64,000 nt of DNA from Candidatus Rokuibacteriota bacterium (GTDB taxonomy: Bacteria; Methylomirabilota; Methylomirabilia; Rokubacteriales; CSP1-6): assembly GCA_003220475.1 (NCBI GenBank), contig QHSO01000031.1:509-64508 (forward strand), given 5' to 3'. The notes beneath the pieces were generated by a model. That model worked only from the letters and a program-made list of their open reading frames with translations. It was not told where the DNA came from and made no database searches. A program made the position numbers and the translations under genes. Of this stretch, positions 28,034-37,283 are shown one piece after another. The number at the start of each line of letters is the position of its first letter. The stretch's first letter is position 1.

Positions 28034-28952
28034 CGCGCATCCGGGGATCGATCACGAGATAGGCGAGATCGACCAGCAGGTTGCCCAGGACGTACACGAG
28101 CGCGAAGACGAGCACGGCGCCCATCACGACCGGCAGATCCCGCTGTCCCACCGCGGCGACGAGCAGGCGTCCAACGCCCGGCCATGCGAACACGGTCTCG
28201 GTCAGCGGCGCGCCGACGAGCAGGTCGGCGAGACCGATGCCGATCACGGTGACGACGGGCACCAGCGCGTTGCGCAGCGCGTGCTTGCCGAGGACGGTCC
28301 ACTCCGAGAGTCCCTTGGCGCGCGCGGTGGCCATGAAGTCCTGACGGACGACCTCGAGCAGGCTCGAGCGCGTCATGCGGGCGACGGTGCCCGTGTGCAG
28401 CGCGCCCAGCGTGACGGCCGGCAAGACGAGATTGCGGAGCGCGCCGTCGCCGTAGCCGGACACGGGCAGCCAGCCGAGCGTGACCGAGAACACGAGCGCG
28501 AGCATCAGGCCGAGCCAGAAGACCGGCGTCGAAATGCCGAGCACCGCGAGCCCCATCAAGACATGGTCGAGCGTGGAGCGCGCCCGGACCGCGGCGATCG
28601 CGCCGATGCCGACGCCGAAGACGACGGAGACCAGCGTGGCGGCGAGCGCCAGACGCGCCGTCGCCGGCAGTCGCTCGACGATGACCTCGCGCACCGGCCG
28701 CTGCTCGCGGAACGACTCGCCGAGATCAGCGCGCGCGAGCCGCGCGAGCCACGTGGCGTACTGCACGGGCAGCGGCCGGTCGAGCGCGTACTCGCGGCGA
28801 AGCCGCTCGAGCGTCTCGGGATCCGCGCGCTGTCCCATCGCCGCACGCGCGGGGTCGCCGAGGGCGGCGGCGTTGAGCGCGAAGACGAGAACGGTGACAC
28901 CGAGCACCACGGGGACGAGCGCGACCAGGCGCGAGGCGACCGAGCGGAGCAG
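28017..28952 (-). CDS. peptide/nickel ABC transporter permease (DppB/OppB type); probable CTG start
   Basis: (M)LRSVASRLVALVPVVLGVTVLVFALNAAALGDPA matches the conserved DppB N-terminus. It is reachable only from CTG 28952, 1 nt after the upstream TAG. The track ORF starts at GTG 28910. Confidence 0.85.
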   Translation of the reverse strand: MLRSVASRLVALVPVVLGVTVLVFALNAAALGDPARAAMGQRADPETLERLRREYALDRPLPVQYATWLARLARADLGESFREQRPVREVIVERLPATARLALAATLVSVVFGVGIGAIAAVRARSTLDHVLMGLAVLGISTPVFWLGLMLALVFSVTLGWLPVSGYGDGALRNLVLPAVTLGALHTGTVARMTRSSLLEVVRQDFMATARAKGLSEWTVLGKHALRNALVPVVTVIGIGLADLLVGAPLTETVFAWPGVGRLLVAAVGQRDLPVVMGAVLVFALVYVLGNLLVDLAYLVIDPRMRDAVRA

Positions 28953-28953
28953 G

Positions 28954-30537
28954 CTAGCGCTCGAGCCAGACCTTGCGGAGCGGGGCCAGGAACTCGGGCG
29001 CGGTGGACTGCGCGCTGCGCTCGAGGCCTTTGACGTGGGGCTTGATCAGCCCGCGGCTCGCGTAGAAGTAGAGCGAGATCCAGACCGCGTCGTCGAGGAT
29101 CATCTGCTCCGCCTCCTGGTAGCGCTTCATCCGCGGCGCGCCGGACGGCATCGTGTCGGCCTCGTCGAGCAGCCGATCGACGGCGGGATTGCGATACCGC
29201 GACGTGTTGCCCGGCGCGCCGACGTTGCGGCTGTGGAAGAGCACCGTCAGGAAATTCTCCGGATCGGGATAGTCCGCGATCCAGCCCTGACGGAAGAAGC
29301 CGGCGCTGCCGTCGTCCACGAGCTTGATGTGCGCGGCCCAGTCCAGTCGCCGCAGCTCCAGCGTCACGCCGATTTCCTTCAGCTGTGCCTGGATCAGCTC
29401 GGCGATGCGCTGGTTCGCGTCACTCGTGTTGAAGTGATACGCCAGCGGCCCAAGGCCGCGGCCACTGGGAAAGCCGGCCTCAGCCAGCAGACTGCGCGCC
29501 CGCTCGCGATCGAGCGGCACTCGCCTGGCCGTGGCCGTCCATCCGGCGAGCACGGGCGGCACGATGCCCGGCGCGGGCGTGACGCAGCCCTCGAGCAGGC
29601 GATCGACGATGATCGTGGGATCGATGGCGTGCGCGATGGCGCGGCGCACGCGCACATCGCTGAACGGCGCGCGCTCCACATTGAAGCGCAGCGCGCTGGT
29701 GCCGAGCGTCGGCCAGATCGCGACGTCTGCCTTGAGCTTCGGATCGGCCTGCACGGCGCGGCAGCGCCCGGTCGGGATGTCGGTGACGTCGAGCTGACCC
29801 GTGACGTACTCGTTGAACCGCGTGGCCTCGGCGGGAATGACGCGGAACACGACGCGCTCGAGATGGGCGGGACCGCGGAAGTGCTCGGGGAAGCGTTCGA
29901 GCACCACCTGGTCGTCGCGCCGCCACGACACGAAGCGGAACGCCCCCGTCCCCACCGGATGGCTCGCGAACCCGGCGCCGCGCTTGTCCACCTCCTCGCG
30001 CGGCACGATCGAGGCCGCGTCGTAGGCGACGAGGTGCAGGAACGGCGCGAACGGCCGCTCGAGGCGCAGCTCGATGGTCGCGTCGTCGATCACGCGCACG
30101 CCGGAAATCTCCGCGGCCGCGCCCTTGATGAACTCGGGCGCCCCGACCAGCTTCTCGAACACCCAGGGCCGCTTGCCGCGGGCCGCGCGCTCGAACGAGT
30201 ACTTCACGTCGGCCGCGCGCACCTCGCGGCCATTGTGGAACTTCGCGCCGCGACGGAGGTGGAAGGTGTAGGTGCGGTGATCGGCGGAGACCATCCAGCG
30301 CTCGGCGAGCGCGGGAGCGGGCACGAGCTTGTCGTCCAGCTCCAGCAGGGCGTCGAAGACCTGGCGGATCACCGCGGACGACGTCAGATCGCTCGCGTGG
30401 GCGGGATCCAGCGTTGGGGGATCGGACACGAACACCATCCGCAGCGTGCCGCCGGGCTTCGCGGCGTCGGCGGCGCCGGCGAGCCCCGCGACGATCACTC
30501 CGAGCGCGAGCGCGGCGACCAGCGCCGCGCGCGTCAC
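28954..30537 (-). CDS. ABC transporter substrate-binding protein, family 5 (peptide/nickel type), copy 2
   Basis: GTG 30537 overlaps the upstream TGA. Signal peptide VTRAALVAALALGVIVAGLAGAADA, then KPGGTLRMVF...DPAHA. Confidence 0.85.
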   Translation of the reverse strand: MTRAALVAALALGVIVAGLAGAADAAKPGGTLRMVFVSDPPTLDPAHASDLTSSAVIRQVFDALLELDDKLVPAPALAERWMVSADHRTYTFHLRRGAKFHNGREVRAADVKYSFERAARGKRPWVFEKLVGAPEFIKGAAAEISGVRVIDDATIELRLERPFAPFLHLVAYDAASIVPREEVDKRGAGFASHPVGTGAFRFVSWRRDDQVVLERFPEHFRGPAHLERVVFRVIPAEATRFNEYVTGQLDVTDIPTGRCRAVQADPKLKADVAIWPTLGTSALRFNVERAPFSDVRVRRAIAHAIDPTIIVDRLLEGCVTPAPGIVPPVLAGWTATARRVPLDRERARSLLAEAGFPSGRGLGPLAYHFNTSDANQRIAELIQAQLKEIGVTLELRRLDWAAHIKLVDDGSAGFFRQGWIADYPDPENFLTVLFHSRNVGAPGNTSRYRNPAVDRLLDEADTMPSGAPRMKRYQEAEQMILDDAVWISLYFYASRGLIKPHVKGLERSAQSTAPEFLAPLRKVWLER

Positions 30538-32087
30538 GAGCCGGGCTCGAGCGTGACGGCGGTCAGCCGATGCAGGCCAGTGGGATGCAGACGAAGATTG
30601 CGGACCTCGGGGCGTGTCACCCCCCACACCAGCCGCACGTAGATCGGGATCCACGGCATGTCCTCGGCCAGGAGCGCCTGCGCACGCTGATAGAGCCGCG
30701 CGCGCTCGACGCGCGAGGACAGCTGGCTCGCGCGGATGAGCACGTCGTCCAGCCTCGGGTTGCGATAGAAGGAGTAGTTGCGCGCGAGCGTGCCGGGCCG
30801 CGCGCCCTCGCTCGTGGAGAGCGGATAGAGGAGCATGTGCGGATCGCCGCCGATGACGGCGGCCTCGGCCAGCGCGATCTCGTGGGCGCCCGCCTGGTGC
30901 GCCGTCCGCACTGCGTCGGCCGGTTGCAGCTCCACGCGCACCGGGATGTCGGCGGCGCCGAGCATCGTGCCGATCGCCCGGGCGAGCTTCGGCACATTCA
31001 CGCCCGACACTTCGGAGGGCGCGAGCATCGTGGGGGTGGCCCCCTGCGGCCAGGCACCCTGCGCGAGGAGCGCGCGGACCTGCGTACGCGTACCGCCGAG
31101 CACAGGCCCGCCCTCGCGTCGGGCCCACACGCCGGGCGGCAGAAAGGACTGCAGCGGCACCGCGGCATGGTCCAGCGCGACCGCGAGCGCGGCAGGATCG
31201 AGCGCGGCGGCCACCGCCTGGCGCAGCGGCTTGCGCGTGAACGGCTCCTTTTCCGTCTGGAAGGCGAGGTAGCCGACCCGCAGGCCCGGCAGGGACAGGG
31301 CTCGGTCCGCCCGGCGTGGCGCGTTGGCGGGGAACCAGATGTCGAGCGCCCGCGCGTCCATCTCGGCCTCGGCGTGATCGTCGGTGCCGACCTCGAGGAA
31401 GACGATCCGCTCGGTGTGCGGCGGTCCGGCCCAGTGACCGGCCACCGCCTCCAGCGCCATGCGACCCGGGGACGCATCGACGACACGGTAGGGCCCGGTG
31501 CCGACCAGGCGAACGCTGCCCTCGAGCTGACTCGCGGTCCGCACGATGGCCAGCGCGGGATGCGCCAGCACGGTGAGCAGCGGCGCGTAGGGCTGCGAGA
31601 GGACGATGTGGACGGTGCGGGCGTCGGCCGCGCGTACCTCCTTGAGAACACCGGGAGCGCCGCGCAGCAGCGCGGCCCAGGCTGCCGGCGGAGCCGCGGG
31701 GTCGGCTTTGAGGCCGCGGCCGAAGCTGGCGGCGACTTCCGCCGCGGTGAGCGGCGCGCCGTCGGCGAACTTTACACCTTCACGCAGCCAGAAGGTCCAC
31801 GTGAGTCCGTCCTTCGAGACCGCCCAGCGCGTCGCCAGCGCCGGCTCGATGTCGGTGGAGCCTTCGCGGAACGCAACGAGCGTATCGAAGACCTGATGCG
31901 CGATCAGCGGCGTCGCGCCGTCGAGTGCGGTCGTCGGCTCGAGCGTCGCGGGCACGCCGGCCACACCGACACGTAATTCCTTCCTTGCTTGTGCCGAAAC
32001 GGGAATTATCCACAGCAGCGAGAAAAGCGAGCACGCGAGCAGAGGGACGATGAAGAAACAGGCGCGCAGCATCTTCGACAGCGCCAT
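30534..32087 (-). CDS. ABC transporter substrate-binding protein, family 5 (peptide/nickel type), copy 1
   Basis: ATG 32087 follows AGAGGG. Signal MALSKMLRACFFIVPLLACSLFSLLWIIPVSAQA. LEPTTALDGATPLIAHQVFDTLV is typical of SBP family 5. Confidence 0.85.
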   Translation of the reverse strand: MALSKMLRACFFIVPLLACSLFSLLWIIPVSAQARKELRVGVAGVPATLEPTTALDGATPLIAHQVFDTLVAFREGSTDIEPALATRWAVSKDGLTWTFWLREGVKFADGAPLTAAEVAASFGRGLKADPAAPPAAWAALLRGAPGVLKEVRAADARTVHIVLSQPYAPLLTVLAHPALAIVRTASQLEGSVRLVGTGPYRVVDASPGRMALEAVAGHWAGPPHTERIVFLEVGTDDHAEAEMDARALDIWFPANAPRRADRALSLPGLRVGYLAFQTEKEPFTRKPLRQAVAAALDPAALAVALDHAAVPLQSFLPPGVWARREGGPVLGGTRTQVRALLAQGAWPQGATPTMLAPSEVSGVNVPKLARAIGTMLGAADIPVRVELQPADAVRTAHQAGAHEIALAEAAVIGGDPHMLLYPLSTSEGARPGTLARNYSFYRNPRLDDVLIRASQLSSRVERARLYQRAQALLAEDMPWIPIYVRLVWGVTRPEVRNLRLHPTGLHRLTAVTLEPGS

Positions 32088-32285
32088 TGCCCTCTTCTTA
32101 TACGGTGGAACCCGTGTGGTACGCCACCCGTTTCGAGACAAACGAATCGCTGCCGGCTGCGGTACGGAACTTGCTCTGACAACAGGCAGCGCGTGACGGC
32201 GCGGGTGCGGCGGAGACGAGCCGTTGCGGTTGGCGAAAGGCGCGCAAATTCGCGCACGAGAACGCCGCCGAAGGACCTGACAACC

Positions 32286-32315
32286 TTGACTTTCTTTTTT
32301 ACAGCCGCCTATACT
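32286..32315 (+). promoter_or_regulatory. sigma70-like promoter upstream of mpa
   Basis: TTGACT (32286-32291), an 18-nt T-rich spacer, then TATACT (32310-32315), in an AT-rich island about 65 nt upstream of the ATG. Confidence 0.5.
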
Positions 32316-32380
32316 CGGTCAGCATTTGAGCCGATCGAGCGAGGGCGGTGTTCGAAGAGTCAAGAGAGAAGGGATGGGCT

Positions 32381-34198
32381 ATGAAGGAGTTCGACAAAAA
32401 GAGTAGCCCGGGCCGAGAGGGCTTCTCAAAGTTCCTTCCCGCCTCCATGTCCGACTCGAGCACGCGCCGTCGGCTCACCGAGTACGAGATCCAGGTGCAG
32501 GACCTGCAGGCGTATGTGCGGTCACTCGAGGCCGAGACCGTGCACCTGCGCAAGAAGCTCGAGGACACACCCAAGGACTTCATGGTGATCGAAAACAAGC
32601 TGCGCGAGGCCAACCGTCAGCTCGTGCAGGCGTTCAATCAGAACGAAAAGCTGGTCAACGCCCTCTATGAGGCGCGCGAGCAGATCACCGCGCTCAAAGA
32701 GGAAGTCGACAAGCTCTGCGCGCCGCCGTCGACGTACGGCGTCTATCTGTCGGCGAACGACGACGGCACGGTCAATATTCTCGCGCAGGGACGCAAGGTG
32801 AAGGTCAACCTGCATCCGTCGATCAAGGCGGAGACGATCAAGCCCGGCCAGGAGCTGGTGCTGAACGAAGGCCTCAACGTCGTCGAGACCGCCGGCTACG
32901 AGATCCAGGGCGAGGTCGTCATTCTCAAGGAGCAGCTCGATCCCGAGCGCGCCGTCGTCACGCTACGTGCCGACGAGGACAAGGTCGGCATCATCGCCGA
33001 CCCGCTGCGCACGCTGCGTCTGAAGACCGGCGACCATCTCCTGATGGACTCGAAGTCCGGATACCTGCTCGAGAAGCTGCCGAAGAGCGAGGTCGAGGAT
33101 CTGTCGCTCGAGGAAGTGCCGGACATCGGCTACGAGCAGATCGGCGGCCTCGGCACCCAGATCGAGACGATCAAGGATGCCGTCGAGCTGCCGTACCTGT
33201 ACGCCGACTACTATAAGGAGCACAAGCTCACGCCGCCCAAGGGCGTGCTGCTCTATGGACCTCCCGGCTGCGGCAAGACCATGATCGCCAAGGCCGTCGC
33301 GAACAACCTCGCCGAGAAGATCTCCGAGAAGCGCGGCGAGAAGATCAAGGGCTTCTTCCTCAACATCAAGGGCCCCGAGCTGCTCAACAAGTACGTCGGC
33401 GAGACCGAGCGGAAGATCCGCGAGATCTTCGTGAAGGCCAAGGAGAAGGCCAACGAGGACGTGCCGGTCGTCGTGTTCTTCGACGAGATGGACGCCCTGT
33501 TCCGCACGCGCGGCACGGGCATCAGCTCCGACGTCGAGACGACGATCGTCCCGCAGCTGCTCGCCGAGATCGACGGCGTCGAGGGCCTGAAGAACGTGAT
33601 CGTGATCGGTGCCTCCAACCGGCAGGACCTCATCGACCCGGCGATTCTGCGGCCGGGCCGGCTGGACGTGAAGATCAAGATCGAGCGCCCCGATCAGGCG
33701 GCGGCGTCGGACATCTTCCACAAGTACCTGACGCCGGAGATCCCGATCGCCGAGTCCGAGACGAAGCCGCGCAGCGGCAACATGCAGGAAGCGATCGATC
33801 AGATGCTCCGGACGACGATCGAGGCGATGTACAGCCTCAGCGAGGAAAACCGGTTCCTCGAGGTGACGTACGCCAACGGCGACAAGGAGGTCCTCTACTT
33901 CAAGGACTTCTCGTCGGGCGCGATGATCGAGTCCGTCGTGCGGCGAGCCAAGAAGCTGGCCCTCAAGCGCTACATCGGCGGGGGCGAGAAGGGCATCACC
34001 ACCGACGACCTGCTCAACGCGGTTCGCGAGGAGTTCAAGGAGAACGAGGATCTGCCGAACACGACGAACCCGGACGACTGGGCGAAGATCGCCGGTAAGA
34101 AGGGTGAGCGCATCGTCTACGTCAAGCCGCTGATGGGCGAGACGCAGAAGGAAAAGCGCAACGTCGAGCGCATCGTGAACACCGGGCAATACCTCTAA
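32381..34198 (+). CDS. mpa: proteasome-associated AAA+ ATPase (Mpa/ARC)
   Basis: N-terminal coiled coil. [73 protein letters not shown]. The C-terminal GQYL matches the mycobacterial Mpa proteasome-docking tail. Confidence 0.93.
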   Translation: MKEFDKKSSPGREGFSKFLPASMSDSSTRRRLTEYEIQVQDLQAYVRSLEAETVHLRKKLEDTPKDFMVIENKLREANRQLVQAFNQNEKLVNALYEAREQITALKEEVDKLCAPPSTYGVYLSANDDGTVNILAQGRKVKVNLHPSIKAETIKPGQELVLNEGLNVVETAGYEIQGEVVILKEQLDPERAVVTLRADEDKVGIIADPLRTLRLKTGDHLLMDSKSGYLLEKLPKSEVEDLSLEEVPDIGYEQIGGLGTQIETIKDAVELPYLYADYYKEHKLTPPKGVLLYGPPGCGKTMIAKAVANNLAEKISEKRGEKIKGFFLNIKGPELLNKYVGETERKIREIFVKAKEKANEDVPVVVFFDEMDALFRTRGTGISSDVETTIVPQLLAEIDGVEGLKNVIVIGASNRQDLIDPAILRPGRLDVKIKIERPDQAAASDIFHKYLTPEIPIAESETKPRSGNMQEAIDQMLRTTIEAMYSLSEENRFLEVTYANGDKEVLYFKDFSSGAMIESVVRRAKKLALKRYIGGGEKGITTDDLLNAVREEFKENEDLPNTTNPDDWAKIAGKKGERIVYVKPLMGETQKEKRNVERIVNTGQYL

Positions 34199-34205
34199 GA
34201 GGGCG

Positions 34206-34285
34206 CCCGACGCCCATACAACGGGGGGGCGTCGGGCCCCCCCGTTCCCCCCCGCCGCAGCAAAGGCCGGGGGGTTCGTTTTTCA
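34206..34285 (+). terminator. two consecutive hairpins after mpa, the second followed by a T-tract
   Basis: CCCGACGCCC (34206-15) pairs with GGGCGTCGGG (34227-36). Then CCCCCCCGCC...GGCCGGGGGG (about 34247-34274) is followed by TTCGTTTTT. Confidence 0.6.
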
Positions 34286-34333
34286 CGGTATCGTTTTCAG
34301 CGAGCGTGGTACGGACTTCGTAGAGGGGACCGC

Positions 34334-35836
34334 ATGGCCATCCCAAAAGTCATGGGCATCGAAACCGAGTACGGGATCACGGTGAAGAACCAGCCCGACT
34401 TCAATCCGATCCTGTCCTCCCTCCTGCTGATCAACTCCTATGAGACCTACCGCAGCTCGCGGGTGCGGTGGGACTACGAGGCAGAAAGCCCGCTGCGGGA
34501 TGCCCGTGGCTTCGAGTACATGGAGGAGAAGGAAGGAACGTCGAAGGAGGAGTCGCGGCTCATCAACCTGATCCTGTCCAACGGAGCGCGCTTCTACGTC
34601 GACCACGCGCACCCCGAGTACTCGAGCCCGGAGACGACCAACCCGCGCGACACGGTCATCTGGGACCGCGCGGGCGAGCGCATCCTGAACCTCTCGCGGC
34701 AGCGCGCGGAGGCGGTGTCGCCGCCCGAGCAGCGCATCCTCATCTACAAGAACAACACCGACAGCAAAGGCAACTCGTACGGCACCCACGAGAACTATCT
34801 GATGGACCGCAAGGTGCCGTTCGCGCGCATCGTGCAGCACATGATGCCGTTCTTCGTGACGCGTCAGGTGTACACGGGCGCCGGCAAGGTCGGCTACGAG
34901 AACAACGCCGAGCCGTGCGAGTACCAGATCTCGCAGCGCGCCGACTTCCTCGAGACGGAGGTCGGGCTCGAGACGATGCACTCGCGGCCGATCGTCAACA
35001 CGCGCGACGAGCCCCACGCCGATCCCGAGAAGTACCGCCGTCTGCACGTGATCGTTGGCGACGCCAACATGGCCGAGGTCTCGACCTACCTGAAGGTCGG
35101 CACCATGGCCATCGTGCTGAGCATGGTGGAGGACGACTTCATCGAGAAGGACCTCTCCATCGATGGTCCAGTGGCCGCCTTCCGCAAGGTCTCCCGCGAC
35201 CTCGCCTGCCGCGACACCATCCGGCTCAAGGACGGTCGGACGATTTCGGCCATCGATCACCAGCGCGAGTTCCTCGCCCTCGCCCAGCGCTATTTCAAGG
35301 AGCGCCAGCAGCCCGAGCCGTGGGTCGGCGAGGTGATGGGCAAGTGGGAGGCGACGCTCGACCGCCTGGCCGAGGATCCCGCCCAGCTCGGCCGCGAGCT
35401 CGACTGGGTCATCAAGCGGCAGCTCATCGAGAACTACGTGGCCAAGCACGATCTCGAGTGGAACGACCACCGGGTGTCGATGATCGATCTGCAGTACCAC
35501 GACATCCGGCCCGGCAAGGGCCTCTACTACAAGCTGGAGGAGTCCGAGGCGGTGGACCGCATCGTCACCGATGACGAGATCTCGAAGGCGATCTACGATC
35601 CGCCCAAAGACACGCGCGCCTACTTCCGCGGGATGTGCCTGCAGCGCTACAGCGACGAGATCGTGTCGGCCTCCTGGGACTCGGTCATCTTCGACCTCAA
35701 GGAAGGTCCCCTCAAGAAGATCTTCATGCTCGAGCCGCTGCGAGGCACCGAGGCGCACGTGCGGCAGCTCCTGACGGAATCGCCCACGGCCGCCGACCTG
35801 CTCCGGAACATCTCGCGGCCCAGCTTCGGCATGTGA
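34334..35836 (+). CDS. dop: Pup deamidase/depupylase (Dop-type)
   Basis: [10 protein letters not shown], then a ~40-aa insertion ([30 protein letters not shown]) that is absent from the second paralogue. 500 aa. [26 protein letters not shown]. Confidence 0.88.
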   Translation: MAIPKVMGIETEYGITVKNQPDFNPILSSLLLINSYETYRSSRVRWDYEAESPLRDARGFEYMEEKEGTSKEESRLINLILSNGARFYVDHAHPEYSSPETTNPRDTVIWDRAGERILNLSRQRAEAVSPPEQRILIYKNNTDSKGNSYGTHENYLMDRKVPFARIVQHMMPFFVTRQVYTGAGKVGYENNAEPCEYQISQRADFLETEVGLETMHSRPIVNTRDEPHADPEKYRRLHVIVGDANMAEVSTYLKVGTMAIVLSMVEDDFIEKDLSIDGPVAAFRKVSRDLACRDTIRLKDGRTISAIDHQREFLALAQRYFKERQQPEPWVGEVMGKWEATLDRLAEDPAQLGRELDWVIKRQLIENYVAKHDLEWNDHRVSMIDLQYHDIRPGKGLYYKLEESEAVDRIVTDDEISKAIYDPPKDTRAYFRGMCLQRYSDEIVSASWDSVIFDLKEGPLKKIFMLEPLRGTEAHVRQLLTESPTAADLLRNISRPSFGM

Positions 35837-35858
35837 CGCGTCGTACACAAGGATCGCC

Positions 35859-36605
35859 ATGAACGACCAGCGCTGGCAGCACCTGTTCCGCGACTACGCC
35901 GATTCGAGCTTCAGCGAATTGCTGCGTCGCGACTCGCCGCACCTCTTTCCCGGGCCCGAGACGCATCCGCCCTCGGGGCCCGCGCCGGTCGAGGCAGTGC
36001 CGCACGGCACGACCGTGCTCGCGCTGCGCTATCGCGACGGCGTGATCATGGCGGGCGACCGCCAGGCCACCGCGGGTTACCAGGTGGCGAGCCGTCGCAT
36101 CGAGAAGATCTTCAAGGCCGACGATCTCTCCGGCGTGGGTATCGCCGGCGCGGCCGGCCCGGCCATGGAAATGGCCAAGCTGTTCCAGACCGAGCTCGAG
36201 CACTACGAGAAGGTCGAGGGCGACAACCTCTCGCTCGACGGCAAGGCCAACAAGCTCGGCCAGATGATCCGCATGAACCTGCAGGCCGCCATGATGGGCC
36301 TGGCGGTGGTGCCGATCTTCGCCGGCTTCGACGAGAAGGCGGGCGTCGGACGACTGTTCAAGTACGACATCACGGGCGGTCGCTACGAGGAGACGAACTA
36401 CGACTCCCAGGGGTCGGGCAGCAAGGACGCGCGCGACTCGCTGAAGAAACTGTGGAAGCGCCACATGAGCCGCGACGACGCGCTGCGCGTCTCGCTGGAG
36501 GCGCTGACAAGCGCGTGTGCGAGACAATCCTCGCCGACCGCGCGAAGACCGGAAACGGGGGCTAGCGCATGCCGCTGCCGTATTACGTCAGCCCCGAGCA
36601 GATGA
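35859..36605 (+). CDS. prcB: 20S proteasome beta subunit PrcB, 3' end disrupted
   Basis: Propeptide [16 protein letters not shown]...PHG|TTVLALRY gives the Thr1 active site; GSGS is present. After ...LRVSLEAL the frame loses GC3 bias and runs 37 nt into prcA. The alternative frame ends at TAG 36563-36565, 3 nt before the prcA ATG. Confidence 0.85.
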   Translation: MNDQRWQHLFRDYADSSFSELLRRDSPHLFPGPETHPPSGPAPVEAVPHGTTVLALRYRDGVIMAGDRQATAGYQVASRRIEKIFKADDLSGVGIAGAAGPAMEMAKLFQTELEHYEKVEGDNLSLDGKANKLGQMIRMNLQAAMMGLAVVPIFAGFDEKAGVGRLFKYDITGGRYEETNYDSQGSGSKDARDSLKKLWKRHMSRDDALRVSLEALTSACARQSSPTARRPETGASACRCRITSAPSR

Positions 36606-37261
36606 TGAAGGACAAGGCCGAGTATGCTCGCAAGGGCATCTCGCGCGGCCGGTCCATCGTCACCCTCGAGATCCGCGACGGCATCCTGCTGGTGGCCGAG
36701 AATCCGTCGACGCTGCTGCACAAGGTCTCGGAGATCTACGACCGCATCGCCTTCGCGGGTGTCGGCAAGTACAACGAGTTCGAAAATCTGCGGATCGCGG
36801 GCATCCGGCACGCCGACATCAAAGGCTATTCCTATAGCCGGGGTGACGTCACGGCCAAAGCGCTCGCCAACGCGTACTCGCAGGCGCTCGGCAACATCTT
36901 TACCCAGGACATCAAGCCGTTCGAGGTCGAGGTGCTGGTGGCCGAGGTGGCCGAGGGCAACGGCAGCCGCAACGAGATCTACCACATCCTCTATGACGGC
37001 ACGATCGAGGACGAGCGCAACTACGCGGCGATGGGCGGCCAGGCCGACGAGATCCGGCGGTTTCTGAAGGACCACTTCCGCGAGGGGCTGCCGCTGGACG
37101 AAGCGCTGCAGCTCGGTGTCCGCGCGCTGACGGTGACGCAAAACAAGACACTCAGCGAGCGCGATCTGGAGGTCGCGGTGCTCGACCGCGCGAAGGAGCG
37201 GCGCAAGTTCCGGCGCATCCCACCCGAGGCGCTGAGCCAACTCTTGGGCACACAGAGGTAG
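36569..37261 (+). CDS. prcA: 20S proteasome alpha subunit PrcA
   Basis: [31 protein letters not shown]...[19 protein letters not shown] parallels M. tuberculosis PrcA throughout. Confidence 0.93.
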   Translation: MPLPYYVSPEQMMKDKAEYARKGISRGRSIVTLEIRDGILLVAENPSTLLHKVSEIYDRIAFAGVGKYNEFENLRIAGIRHADIKGYSYSRGDVTAKALANAYSQALGNIFTQDIKPFEVEVLVAEVAEGNGSRNEIYHILYDGTIEDERNYAAMGGQADEIRRFLKDHFREGLPLDEALQLGVRALTVTQNKTLSERDLEVAVLDRAKERRKFRRIPPEALSQLLGTQR

Positions 37262-37283
37262 GACGTGCTAGGCTGAGACCGAG

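Noticed and set aside
34283-35860. 525-aa minus-strand ORF antisense to dop. Similar long antisense ORFs lie at 32963..34189 (mpa) and 37152..38603 (pafA).
   Set aside because: These are shadow ORFs, typical of 70% GC DNA. The sense strand has unmistakable homologues with high GC3. The antisense products are monotonous Arg/Asp/Val/Leu/Ala strings with no motifs.
35571-35862. Small overlapping ORFs (35571..35774 and 35635..35862), considered as hidden pup/UBact candidates at the dop 3' end.
   Set aside because: Both are out-of-frame Arg/Ser/Pro-rich translations of dop. Neither has an acidic helical region or a C-terminal GGQ/GGE or R-[ST]-G-[EQ] motif.
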